From the human T2T-CHM13v2.0 reference genome, Homo sapiens, in NCBI RefSeq assembly GCF_009914755.1, contig NC_060928.1: a stretch of 64,000 nucleotides of DNA. One strand, written 5' to 3'. The translations under genes were made by a program, and so were the position numbers. Positions 15,627 to 32,801 of this stretch are shown here, one piece after another (position 1 is the first letter of the stretch; each line of letters starts with the position of its first letter). Under the pieces are notes generated by a model. That model had not been told where the DNA came from, searched no databases, and saw only the letters and a program-made list of their open reading frames with translations.

Positions 15627-16353
15627 GTTTTTTAAAGTCTCTAGGTGGCAAGAGTGAAATGGAGCTCCATTTCTGAGAGGTGTTTATTGGTTTTCTAAAA
15701 CAAAAGTAAAATGTAGGTAGGAGCTTGGGCTAATTATCTCCTTTATGAGCTCAACAGGCTTTCTTTTTTTTCCTTTCCTAGTTGGTTCATTCCCTGTGGT
15801 GCAACGGTATCTCTGCCCCCTGAACGCTTCTTTATGTTTGTGGCTTTCATTATCCTAAGTGCAGAGCTACAAACGTCTCTCCCAAGCTCCATCTTCATAT
15901 CGCCATTTCCCTACTTGGACTTTCCCACTCGGAAGTCCTCAAATTGCTTTAAATGTAGTCTGGCCTCAAGTTAGGTTTTCCCACTCAGTTCCCCACCTCC
16001 CTATCCTGCAATCTACTCTGTTCGTTGACACTTCAAAACACCTGCCCAGGACCTTTGGTGATTTTTCACTTGTCTTTTTCTTCTGAGAATGTATTCTTGC
16101 TTATCCTTTTTATGGAGAATGTCAAACTTATACAATCAATAGTACAATGGACACCAAAGTAGCCATCACCCAGCTCTAGCGAAACTCAATTCATGACCAA
16201 TCTAGTTTCATCTGTATATTCCTTGCTCCCCATCTTTCCACTGGGCAATTCTGGAGCAAATCCCAGGCCTGTCATCATATCTGTAAGTATTTCAGTATTT
16301 ATATCAGTAAATATTTCAGTATATATAAAAGATTGGGACTTGTTTACACACAC

Positions 16354-16849
16354 TGATAGAGGCGAGAGGCAGGCAAATGCCTAGGCAGATAGGGGCAGGT
16401 TCCCAGTGAAACCCAACCTTCAAGCTGGAAACTGTCCCAGGTAAATCCTCAGAATGGATTGAGAACCCGCCTTCCCATTTGATGTGCTTTCCTCTGATTG
16501 GTCCCTATCTTTCACCTATTTTACATATACCTACTTTTTCCCCTACACTGTTGTGCCCACCTTTGAGTAGAGTCTTCGCTTTGATCTTTTTTGCATACTC
16601 ACAAACCAATCAGCACACGCTCTGTATTCTGGGCCCATAAGAAAGCCCTGGGCTCAGCTATATTGGGGGAAACTTTCCTGTCTTCAGATAGGAGAACCAC
16701 CCCCCACATCCCCTCTTTTTCCTGAGAGCTTTCCTTTTGCTTAATACATTCTACTCCACTCACTCTTCGATGTCTGCGTGCCTAATTCTTCCTGATGGTG
16801 AGACAAGAACCCAGATGTAGCTGAGTGAAGAAGCAAAAATCCTGCATCA
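16354..16849 (+). mobile_element. Solo ERV1-class LTR inserted into an older L1ME-like fragment
   Basis: TG...CA termini (TGATAGAGG...CCTGCATCA), 4-bp TSD ACAC, internal CCAATCAGC and poly(A)-signal-like AATACA. Confidence 0.8.
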
Positions 16850-18117
16850 ACACAACCGTACTACCATTGTCACTCCTAAAAACGTTGACCATTCCTTAAT
16901 ATCATCAGTTATTCAGTCAGTGTACAAATTTCCCCATTTGTCTCATACGTTTTGTTTACACTTCGCTTGAATCAGGATTCAAATAACATCCACTCATTGC
17001 ATTTGATGGACAGCCTCTGAAATCTCTTTCAGTCTAAACATTCTTCATCTCTTTAATTTTTCTTGTAATTTATTCCAAACTACCAAATCATTTGTCCTTC
17101 GGAGTTTCCTGCATTTTGGATTTTCTGGTTGTCTCCTCATGATGTGTTTAACATGTTTCTATTGTGCCCTGGATTTCCTGTGAACTAGTACAACTAAATC
17201 AAGAAGCATGATCTGATTCAGGTTTGATTTTTGGTTTTTTTTTTTTTGGCAAAAATACTTGATGGGAGCAGAGGAGGGTGGCACTCCTACCATCTAGTTG
17301 TTTTCAAAGTGCCAAGGATCAGTTATCAATGGCCAATGTGCCCTCTTCTGCTTTGCCCTACATAATGAAAGGGCAATCAGGTCAATGGCAATGGGAATCA
17401 GTTAAAAAGGAAACATGAATCGATGTGTCCTGTGTCACTCACACAGAATACTGTCAGACTGATGGAGGCAGGTCTCCCTCAGAAGCAGGCAGAAAGGGCT
17501 GATGAGCTATTTGAGGCAGGCTTGGTAATTTACGTCAAGCTTGATGAACGAGTACTGAATGCTCTCATATAGCTCTGTGGGGCTTCAATGGTTCAAAGAA
17601 AGTGATTTGTCACACCTTAGGCTCTTAGAGATTTCTTTTCGCTGATTATTTGTTCTAGGACAAAATACATTTCTGTGTCAGGTGAGATCAGCAAACAAAG
17701 GAAGAAATGTGAGCAAGTTGTGAGAATCCACAAAGAGATCTGATGAAGGCTTTGGTTGAGTGGATCAGCTGTGTGTTGGATGCAACCACAGGTCAGAGGA
17801 AACAGGGCAATATTCCTTCAGATGGTGTGTAACTCTGGTGTGCTGCCTGGAACGGGAACCATTACTTTTGTTGATAAGACACCAGGAGATTTAACTGAGG
17901 GTGAGTTTGTGCTGCTTTTGAGGATGGACTTGCTTGAGATCTATATTGTATGACTAGTCCAAACAGAAAGTATGCATTTAGGATCTTCTGTGAAAGGACA
18001 CTGCACTGTGTGATGGCCATGGAGTTTGCCCTGGAGTCTGCATTTCTGTGGCAAGCAACAGGCTGGAGCGATTCCACAATGTAAGACAAAGAAAAAGATT
18101 CCAAAAGACATCTGTGA

Positions 18118-18466
<349 letters not shown>

Positions 18467-18469
18467 CTC

Positions 18470-18741
18470 TTTTTTTTTTTGAGACAAAATCTCCCTCTTG
18501 TTACTTAGGCTGGAGTGCAATGGCTCGATTCCAGCTCACCACAACCTCCGCCTCCTGGGTTCAAGCAATTCTCCTGCCTTAGCTGGGATTACAGGCATGT
18601 ACCACCACACCCGGCTAATTTTTGTATTTTTAGTAGAGACGGGATTTGGTCAGGCTGGTCTCAAACTCCTAACCTCAGGTGACCCACCCTTCTCAGCCTC
18701 CAAAGTGCTGGGATTACAGGCATGAGCCACCGTGCCCAGCC
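18470..18741 (-). mobile_element. Alu (AluS-like, internal deletions), tandem with previous
   Basis: Antisense Alu immediately adjacent. Confidence 0.88.
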
Positions 18742-19564
18742 TCTGTCATAATTTCATCTCTCTCATCAATAGCAGAAATATTTGAGGCTTCTGCTTCTTT
18801 GAGAATTTCCAGTTAGCTGCACAAGCCAGAGCCTAGATAATGAGTGGAAACGTAAAATATTAGTGAAGTGTACTTCAAGTTGAATGGATTAATCCTGTAG
18901 ACTAAAGAGACCCAGAACTTGTGGCCAACTATCCTTTTATTTGGGAGAATCTTGACTATCACAGTGATAAAAAAAAATATTGAATATACCATTTCTTGAA
19001 TTTAGAAAACTTGAAAGGATGAAGAAGTTGAAGTATTATGCATTTGCTCACAAGCCGGAGCATACTGTACACACTGTTCTGCAAACACTTTTCAGTCCCT
19101 TAGTTAAAAGATAGACATTTGTTTTCAATCTTTTGCTAATACAATGTTGCTATGAATAACATTGTATATATGTCACTTTCCTCCCATTTTCCTAGAGGAC
19201 AAATGCTATTTTAACAACTGAAATATCTTTTTGTTGTAGGATGGCATGAGATAATCCATGTGAGAACAATTTATAAATTGCTAAGTATATCATTGGACAA
19301 ACGAGCAAATTAGATTTCTAAACTATGTTTCATAATTTCCCCATTTAGTGTGTGCAGCTCTGTTTTAGAAAACTGATATATTTTTTGCTGCCTCGTTTCC
19401 TGATATTGACAGTAATAAGTGAAAGAAAAGAATAATCAGTATCGTTTCTAATATTTGCAAACCATTTATCTGATAAGGGGTTAAAATCCAAAATATATAA
19501 GGAACTCATATAACTCAATAGTGAAAAAGAGTCAGACTTTAAAACAGGCAAAATTCATGAATGG

Positions 19565-20300
<736 letters not shown>

Positions 20301-20304
20301 TTGC

Positions 20305-21545
20305 ATAGACATTTCTCCAGATACATACAAATGACCAACAGCTATATGACAAGGTGCTCAGTGTCACTAACCATCAGCAAAACTCAAAACCACAATGAGG
20401 TATTATTTCACACCTGTTAGGATGGTTATTATCAAAAAGACAAGAAGAGGTAACAAGTGTTGGTGAGAGTGTGGAGAAAAGGGAACCCTTGTACACTGTT
20501 GGTGGGAATGTAAATTGGCACAGCCATTATGGAAAACAGTATGAAGGCTCCTCAAAAAATTAAAAATCGAATTACCATATGATCCAGGAATTCCATTTCT
20601 GGGTATATATTCGAAGAAAATGAAATTACTATCTTAAAGAGATATCTGCACTCCGTGTTCACTGTAGCATTATTCACAGCAGCCAAGACAAGGCAGAACC
20701 TAAGCGCTGATGAATGATGGATAGAGATACTGTGATATACTATTCAGCCTTAAAAAAAGTAGGAAATCGGCCGGGCGCGGTGGCTCACGCCTGTAATCCC
20801 AGCACTTTGGGAGGCCAAGGCTGGTGGATCACGAGGTCAGGAGATCGAGACCATCCTGGCTAACACGGTGAAACCCCATCTCTACTAAAAATATAAAAAA
20901 TTAGCCGGGCGTGGTGGCAGGTGCCTGTAGTCCCAGCTACTCAGGAGGCTGAGGCAGGAGAATGGCGTGAACCCGGGAGGCGGAGCTTGCAGTGAGCCGA
21001 GATCACGCCACTGCACTCCAGCCTGGGCAACAGAGCGAGACTCCGTCTCAAAAAAAAAGAACAACAAAAAAAGAAGGAAATCCTGCCATTTGTGACAACA
21101 TGGATGAACCTGGAGGACATTATCCTAAGTGAAATAAGCCAGACACAGAAAGTCAAATACTGCGTGATCTCAAATGTGGAATCTAAAAAAAGTCAAACTC
21201 ATAGAAGCAGAGCGTAGAACGGTGGTTACCAGAAGCTGGGCCATGAAGGGATTGGGAAGATGTTGTTCAAAGGGTACACACTTTCACTTATAAGATGAAC
21301 AAGTTCTGGGGGTCTAATGTAGCACATGGCAACTATGGTTAACAATACTGTATTGTATACTTGAAATTTGCTAACAGAGTAGCTCTCAAATGTTATCACA
21401 CAAAATGGTAACTAGATACAGTGATCAGTGTGTGTTAACTGACTTGATTGTGGTAATCATTTCACAATGTATTTGTATAAAACTCATCACATTATATATC
21501 TTACATTTATACAATTTGTCAGTTATACCTCAATAAAGCTGCAAA
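20305..21545 (+). mobile_element. L1MB-like ORF2 end and 3' UTR (continues from 19445-19560)
   Basis: ACACTGTTGGTGGGAATGTAAATTGG...ACAACATGGATGAACCTGGAGGACATTAT.CTAAGTGAAATAAGCCAG...CTCAATAAAGCTG. Confidence 0.85.
20769..21075 (+). mobile_element. AluY inserted in L1
   Basis: Full-length, CpG-rich; TSD AGGAAATC. Confidence 0.95.
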
Positions 21546-23090
21546 GAAATATCATTTCTAGGTTGTGCCCATCACAACCTGTAGGAGTTAAGATTTCAGC
21601 CTGAGTTTCAGTTTCAATTCCAATACCACTACTTTCTATGTAATACTGAACAAGTTTTCTAACATCTCTAAACTTTAATTTCTTCCTCTATAATGGGAAT
21701 AAAATCAAATTATTTTTTCAAAATCATTGTGAAAACCATTTTTGTTTCAGTTGCCTTAGATTATAGAGGACACTAATCAGTGATTAGGGAAAAATTTAAG
21801 ATCATCAGTAGAAATGGATTCTCTACTGGTGAAAACACACAGGAGATATTAGGCCACATAAAAGACATGCAGTTGTACTCATTATTGTTCCTGCCTACAT
21901 AAAAGTTTGCTGGAGAAAAAATGAGACTCATACAGGAAGTATTGAAAGACAATATTAGATAATTCTTTTATAATCTTAAAGAGGGAAAGGCTTTCTAACT
22001 ATGACTCAAGTTATTTTTTTAAAGACTGAAAAATTCGCCTACATTCAATAAAATCCTCTGCAACAAACTAGGAAAAAATATTTGCAACTGTGTCACAAAC
22101 AAAGGGCTTATCTCCCTAATGTAAAAGGAGACCCTAGATATCAATGCCAAAAAAAAAGAGTAATAACCTAATAGAAAAAGAGTCTAATGAGATTCAAAGA
22201 TAGTTTAAGAAAAACACAAATGACTTTTAAATATATATATATTTTACATGCCCAAGAGAGTATTTTTACCCCTGTTTCCTGTGCCATTTTAGTGGTATAC
22301 TCAATTCCAATTCTTTCTGTGATTACTCTTAAAATCTTAACATCTGTACTTGCTGGATCAAGTCTAAAGTTGTTATCTCTAGCCTCCACCCAAAAAATAC
22401 AGGAAATTTAATTTTTTCTTAGATAATACATTCAAGTGGCATAAAGTTCAAAAAGTGCAAAGGGTAAACAGTGAAATAAGTCCAGCGTATCCCTAGTGCA
22501 GCCACCTAGTTCCCATGCACTAAGGCAGACATCTTTGCCAGTTTCATGTGTATTCTTCCAGAGATCTTATATGTAAAACAATTATATGATGAATTATTTT
22601 GGCTTGATTTCTTTTATCCAAGTGGTAGGACACTGTACACACTGTTCTTCACTCTAGTTGTTTAACCTAGCAATTGTGAAATCATGTTTGATGTTTGCAA
22701 TGACTCACTTTCTCCTCCTGTGTAGATGGAGTGTATGAGAAATTCATTGTTATAACCCACTGGGATTTTGCAGTTGTTAATGCAGAAAATCTAACTCATA
22801 TAGAAATACATTTATTGTATATCATACTCAAAAATATATTTTGTTGTTTTTAATGGCTAAATGGTATTCCAGTATATGGGTGTAATATAATCTATTTAAT
22901 CTGTTCCCTTGTTGATGAATATTGAGGTTGGTTCTAATTTATGCTGTTTCAAACAGTGCTGCCGTGAATAATCTTGCCATGCATCATTTCACAGCTCTCT
23001 CTCTCTCTGTTGAGTGTGTGTGGGTGTGTATGTGTGTGCACACGCACATGTTGCATGCAGGATAATCCAAAAACCCTTTAAAATTATTAA

Positions 23091-23358
<268 letters not shown>

Positions 23359-24027
23359 TATAATTACAATTTTTGAAGGTTAATGCTTATGTAGATTCAC
23401 CAATCTGTTGACGTTGTTTTAATCTTGGTCTGAAAATGTCTTTAGTCACCTAATAACAGTTCTGTTAGGTAAAGGACCTAAGTTGATGTTTATTTTCCAT
23501 GGCATTTTGAAGTTACTATTGGATAACATTCTGGACTTTCTTGTTTCTGACCAAAGTGGGTTGCTAATCCAGCTGTTATACCTTTATAGGTAGTCTTTCT
23601 TTTGTTCTGATTACTTTTTTAAAAAGTATCTTTATTGATCTATAATATACATATAATAAAGTGCACAAAATCTTGCATGTACAGCTCAGTGACTTTTTAC
23701 ATACTTATAGAGCATGTAACCAGGAAGACATAAAACAATCTCAATATCTCAAAGGATACCCTATGCCTCTTCCCAGTTGGAACCCTCCCCTTAATCACCA
23801 GAAATAACCACTATTCTGACAGCTAACAGATAGATCAGTTTTGCCTGATCTTGAACTTCACATAAGTGAGGCTGTATGTTTTGATCACTGTGATTGCCTT
23901 TAAGACTTTAGTCTTCGGTGTTTTGCAGTTTTATTAGGCACATATTTATGATTTTCCACTTCTTTGTCTCTGTGCTACTTTCTTGGCAACTCCATCGGAG
24001 CAGTCTTCTAGTTTACTACTCTCTCTC

Positions 24028-24326
24028 TTTTTTTTTTTTTTTTTTGAGATGGAATCTCGCTCTGTTGCCTGGCTGGAGTGCAGTGGCGCAATCTCGGCTC
24101 ACTGCAACCTCCGCCTCCTGGTTTCAAGCGATTCCTCTGCCTCACCACCCAAGTAGCTGGGACTATAGGCGTGCGCCACCATGCCCAGCTAATTTTTTGT
24201 ATTTTAGTAGAAACAGGGTTTCACCATGTTGGCCAAGATGGTCTCAATCTCCTGACCTCAAGTGATCCTCCCGCCTCCACCTCCCAAAGTACTGGGATTA
24301 CAGGCATGAGCCACAGCACCCAGCCT
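24028..24326 (-). mobile_element. Alu (AluS-like)
   Basis: Full antisense dimer. Confidence 0.9.
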
Positions 24327-25060
24327 CTGTAGCTCCTTCTAATCTGCTAACTTTTCTTGGGAGTTTTGAATTTCAGTGACTTTTTACGAACTCCTAAAAG
24401 TTCTATTCACTCTGTTTTCAGATCTTCCTTTTCTTTTCTATTAGTGCCGAAATCCATTCTTAGGGTTCCTGTTTTTGCTTTCAGTTTTTGAATAATTTCT
24501 AAATACTTCTTTTATTCTTTCAATTTGTTCTATAACCTAAAGTTCTTGAAATGTTATTTCTGCAGTTTGGTGTGCGTATTGACTGCCCCTCAGAGTCAGT
24601 TATTTTCTAGTGTTTGTGAGCGTTCTTGTTTTTAATCTTTGGCAAGTTTTTTTATTTGTTTGTTTAACTTGTGAGAGCTTTTCGTGCCCTACATTGCAGG
24701 AATGATATTACAAAGCAATTTTGTGTTTGCTTCTGCAAGGTCCCAGGCGTTTTTCTAGTTTGTTTCTCTTGTCACTGTTATTGTTTTGTTTGCTTTTTTA
24801 AAACTTTTTGTTTTGTTTTGTGGTCTTTTTAAAACTGTTAAAATTGCTTTATACACCTACAATAACAATTATTAATTATAAGATACTATTTACATGTGGT
24901 TGTAAAGAACACACTTAAATAACTTACATATGTGAATTTAAATTATAAATTTATATTTAGCAACATAGTGCTACTTCAAACAACTATAAAAATTGATCTA
25001 TATATTCCTAAAGAAGAGTAAAGGGCCAAAACAGGCAAAATAATACAGAAAAAGAATAAA

Positions 25061-25555
25061 TGTTAGAAGGCAGTTCTCCATTGGTCTCTTGTATTTCTGC
25101 ACATCTTCTCAGCAGAGGCATTGACAGATTTGTGTGTGTGTGTGTGTTTCTGTACTATTTTTCAATGATGTTTTTACAGAAAACAGCTTGGGAAGGTAGA
25201 AGTAGTGTCTCTCCTCCAGGGCAATGGCAGATTTGTTTGTTGTCCAGGATAATGAAGAAATGTCTTCCTCTTGGATAAAGGATCGGCAGATTTGCTAGCA
25301 AGTGTGGGGTTTCCTAAACTTGAGTTCTTCACTGTGATGCATATAGCATCCTCTTAGCCCTTCCATGTCACACATAGGACTTGGGTGCAAGGGTAAATGA
25401 GGTGAACATGAAGCTTATACTAACTGCTGTACTCTGAGCAATAAAATCATTTGCCTCTGACTCACCAGTCCCATATCTTTTTATTATATCCATGACAGGC
25501 TAAATTGTTAGCTTGCAAATGGAATAAATTCTCAGACTCTTCAAAATTCTTACAA
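25061..25555 (+). mobile_element. Solo LTR (ERV1-class, possibly MER31-like; family uncertain) within L1 debris
   Basis: Starts TGTTAGAAGGCAGTTCTCCA; AATAAA near 25440; homologous by eye to 47453-47886. Confidence 0.6.
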
Positions 25556-25831
25556 TAAGAAGAGCGAAATTATACTACCAAATAGTAAGATTTATTATAA
25601 AGACATAGTAAAACTGGCAAATAAATGGACAAGTAAACCAATAGAAAAGAATAACGAATAGGCATATATATGAAAGGAAAATGGTATAAGAGAAACACGG
25701 CATCATAGGTCTATAGGAAAAAGTACTATTGAATACAAAAATCTGGGGCAATTAGCTATCCAAGTGGAAAAGCTAGAATTAGATCCCTGCCTCAAGCCAT
25801 ATCCAAAACGACATCAAAAATAAAATCCCAA

Positions 25832-26206
<375 letters not shown>

Positions 26207-26685
26207 TTAGGATATTAAGGTAGAGAAAGATTTTTTAAGACACAAAAAGCCCAAGCCATAAAGCAAAAGACAGAGCCACATTAGAATTTAAAACTTCTGT
26301 ACAGCAAGACCATATAAACATTTAAAAGACAATTGACAATCTGGGAGAAGATATTTATAACTTTTCTAACTAACACAGTTACTGGTGTGTTTTTACGTAG
26401 CTTTTATTAGCTTAGGATTCTGGCACTAATTTGTAAGCATAAATCACATGTTTTGCCTCTGTGTGACACAGGCTTGGAGTTTTTATTTCTGATCATGAAC
26501 TCTCCCCAGCTTGGCCCACTCAATCCCTACCCAGAGTCTCAAGCAAAGTACAAGCTTCTCTGATCCTGTATCAGGGAATCCGAGATCCCTTTTTCATAAA
26601 GTAGGCAGTCCTCTCAGGTTTCTGGCACTCTAAGGGAAAGAACAGGACACCATGAATAACAACAGGCCACTTGAAAGAGAATCCA

Positions 26686-27082
<397 letters not shown>

Positions 27083-27113
27083 TCAGGTGTGAATGTTAAA
27101 CCCCTAGTCCTAG

Positions 27114-27886
<773 letters not shown>

Positions 27887-28221
27887 TTATCCTGCATTAT
27901 ATCCATTTGACTTGTGAGTCTTCTCCACACCTGCTAGAACTGCCCAACCCTGACTGTGCTTGCCTGTGTACCTATTAGCTCCCTACAACATCTCATCGTG
28001 GGAGGGGAAACAGGGTTTGAAAGACTTCTTACATTGTTAAATTTTAACTTTAAAAATGTTACTCAGTTTGGATAAGCTTTCCCTGCCCTCCCTGGCAAAA
28101 TGTTGACCATTTAAAGGAGGAAGAATGTTCCAAACTTTTCCTTAAAGCAATCATTGTAGTGTTTCTGCAGCAGCACAACCGCTGAATTCCTGAAGTCTTA
28201 ATTTTCCAAAGATTGAAGGGT

Positions 28222-28533
28222 GTTTTGTTTTGTTGTGAGATGGAGTTTTGCTCTTGTTGCCCAGGCTGGAGTGCAATGCTCGATCTTGGCAATGCTCGAT
28301 CTTGGCTCACTGCAACCTCCGCCGCCCAGGTTCAAGCAATTCTCCTGCCTCAACCTCCTGAGTAGCTGGGATTACAGGCATGCACCACCACACCCAGCTA
28401 ATTTTTGTATTTTTAGTACAGACAGGGTTTCACCATGTTGGTCAGACTGGTCTGGAACTCCTGACCTCAGGTGATCCACCCTTCTCGGCCTCCCAAAGTG
28501 CTGGGATTATAGGCGTGAGCCACCGCGCCCAGC
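28222..28533 (-). mobile_element. AluS-like with internal 16-bp tandem duplication
   Basis: Antisense dimer; AAGATTGAAG on both flanks; GCAATGCTCGATCTTG x2 at 28273-28304. Confidence 0.92.
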
Positions 28534-28831
28534 CAAGATTGAAGTTATTTGAATTTTTACCTGAAAGAAAACATCCTCTTGGGTTAGCTTCCTGTTCCCC
28601 ACTACAGAAAGAGGAAGAGAAGAGAAGGCTACATGAAAGAGCTGATAGCATCCAGAGAAGGAAGAACAAGAGAGAATTACATCACTGAATAATGACAATG
28701 AGCATGATGTGCTATACTGCATGCCAGGTTCTGTTCCAAGTGTTTTACATTTACTAACTCATTAACCCTATCAACAACATAAGATAAGTACTATTATTTT
28801 TATTCCCGTCATCTTAAAGAGGGGACACATA

Positions 28832-29253
<422 letters not shown>

Positions 29254-29404
29254 TCAAGAAATGTTCAAATTTAAAGAGGCTTTAGCCTCTTGTGATTCCA
29301 GAACATTAAGGAGGGATTATGCACAGATTTATGGAGTCTTGTCACTGATTTCTCATGGGTGCTTAACCTAAGATCAAAGGTTCTCTGATGGTTCTGTGCA
29401 TACA

Positions 29405-30105
29405 CTCCAAGGGGTCAGTGAACTTGGGTGGAAAATAAAAATACATTTTTTAAGTTACTTCTAGCAGTTCTAATCACAATTTACATTTCTCTGCCTTTAA
29501 AAATTTAGGTGACAAACCATAATAGTATTATCACTCCCCATGACATTGTCATCAATAGAAATCATTGATTTTCATGTCACATTTCAGTTGTAACAAGTAT
29601 CTCAGAATATCATATATTTTTATCACTCTCAAAATCATGGTAGTTATTATACCTGTGGGCAAATCTTGTTATTTAATACATTAATAATGATGTCCATATA
29701 TTACAATATTATGCTTTTAAAAGTATATGTTGATGTCTGTATTTCCATATAATTGGTTACTTAAAGGAGAATTTTATATAATTGGCTATATAATTGGTTA
29801 CTTAAAGGAGAACTTCTCTTAAAGGAGAATGTCATCCTACATTTTATATTTAGCAACAAAAGAATGAGAAGAAGGCTGAATGTCTGTACCCAGCCTTCCA
29901 TATAATTTGTAGCCAATTACATGGAAATACAGATATCAACATATATTTTTAAAAGCATGATATCATAACATATGAACTTCATTATTAATGTATTTTATTT
30001 ATTTTATTTTAGGCATTTACAAATATTATTCTGAGGAAGGTTCCATAGGCTTCATTACACAGGCAAAGGGATCTATACTATAAAAATAGTTAAAAACCTT
30101 TGCCC
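29405..30105. mobile_element. hAT-Charlie-like DNA transposon remnant (Charlie4-like), disrupted by a complex rearrangement
   Basis: GGGGTCAGTGAACTTGG...TTATTCTGAG.AAGG.TCCATAGGCTTCA...GTTAAAAACCTTTG; family recognised from memory. Confidence 0.55.
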
Positions 30106-30109
30106 TAGA

Positions 30110-30740
<631 letters not shown>

Positions 30741-32801
30741 TAGAAGAGAGTAAGGATGCTGAAGACAAGGAAGCTGTCTCATATTTCTTTGCATCACTTC
30801 AGTGCCTAGTTCAGAGCCATGGAAAGAATAGCTCATCTATGCATCTCTACTGGTTGAAAGACTACTAACCCCTTTGCGGTAACTACCTGCCACTTTGGAA
30901 ATCTTGGTAAATTCTACCTCCCCCTTAATGATTTCTCTAAGCTTCCTATCCAAGGACCCACACTCTTTTGAGTAAAGGAGAACTTCATCCTACATTTCAT
31001 ATTTACCAACAAGAAAATGAGAAGGCTGAATGTCTCTAGCTCAGCTTTAATGTTAAAAGAAATTACAAAGTAATGAAGCAACCTCCCACTATAATGCTGT
31101 GGCACAATATGAATTATTATGCAATAGAAAAGTGAGCAAAAAGAGACTGCCCCGGAGCACGTTTCTTCAATGTGTGCTGATCAAGGAAACCTTGGTTCTG
31201 TGGATGCTCCCGAGAAGTTAAAGGGTCAGAGAGCCCCAGCTGAAGCGCAGCCCAACCAGGAACACCTCGCAATAAGGAATGTTATTCTGAAAGCCAAGGA
31301 AATAACCAGACTCTCATTTCCCCCACACAAATCAAAACACCTCCAAACATGATCACCCTCAAAAACATTAGTTTGAAAGGCAGTAATATGGTATAGACAA
31401 AAAGAATTAGGCTTGCTGACAGAATATCCAGGTTAAAACCCCAATTTCTCCCCCACAGGTTTTCTGCCTTAGGACAACTCCAACTCTCTATAATGAGGGA
31501 GAGAAATAACGTTTACCTCTGAGGGCTGCTGAGAGGGTTAAATAATATGAGATCTGTAAATTACAACACACTGTACACACTATACAGGTAGCATACAAGG
31601 TGGTAATGAGTGAGAACATTTGATGTAGTGTGGAGCTGCAGGCGAGTTGGTATGTTCTCTGCCTGTACAAGTCTGTTTATTCATTCATTCATTCACTCAC
31701 TCACTCATATTTCTACCACATCCCAGGAATGATTGAAGATGGCTTAAATGTATTCACTTTTTTTGTAAACAAAAAATGATTCAAAGTGAATTAAGAAAAC
31801 AGGACGAAAGGAGAGGGTAGTAGGTGAGATAGAATGATGCTAGGAATTAGGTAGAAACCACTGCTCCTAGACTTTGGATTTTCTGAACCAGTAACATTTC
31901 TCCAAACACTAGGAATTGACAAGGGGGCGCTATAATGTTCTTTTGCCAAGTAAAGACATTATAAAACAAGCACAAAGCAATGGATCTCACCATATGGTTC
32001 TCACCGTAATTTCATAAAAGAAATACTTATTTGTTAGTACCTATAAGGTAGGAAGAACATGATCTCAGAAGACAGAGAAGTTCAGTTTGCTTTTATGAAG
32101 TTACACATTGTTATTTATAGTTTGTCTTGGATAGATGAAAAGTGGCACAAACTGGCAATGGCTTGGAAAGGGCATTTGTGAATCACTGACTTAGCACACA
32201 AAATGTCCTGGATGCCTGCCAAGCAGTGAACCCCAAACGGTCAGTGCAAGGATGGAGATAAAATCAGTTGCTCAAGGAAAGAAAAGTTTTTCTTAGTGGA
32301 GTCCTAGGAGAAACTTTTTCTTGGATTCTCTTTAAAAGGACACTGTGTAAGGTATTAATAAACACCCTCAATAATATCTTCAGACTGAATAGAGTATTTT
32401 TATAAAATGCATTCCCCCACTATGGACCAATGGAATAATATCAAAGTGAAACTCAGTAAAAAAAAATTTTCTGGATACACTCCAGGCAAATGGATCTTCA
32501 CTTGGGTTGATCTGATAAGGAACTGATTTTAGGGGATCCAGATTTTAGAGGACCAGTTGAACTGCATTATCTTTCATGCTGGTCTCCAAGGTCATATTTT
32601 TCTCAACCAAACTTCTAACAAACTTTGACTGCTGATGAGTTCTCAGTTGTTCCTGATTCTAAAGTCCTTCTATAGTATATCTGAAATTAGAGTCTATGTT
32701 GATGGTTAAAGAAGGAGTCACATGCTTCAACATTTAGCTCACCTTGGGGGGAACTATTGACATACCTCTTAGGACAGTTGAGAAATCTAATGAGCTGTCA
32801 A

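Noticed and set aside
32200-32700. Possible very old LINE (L4/RTE- or L2-like) coding remnant
   Set aside because: Resemblance too weak to support without a Dfam search
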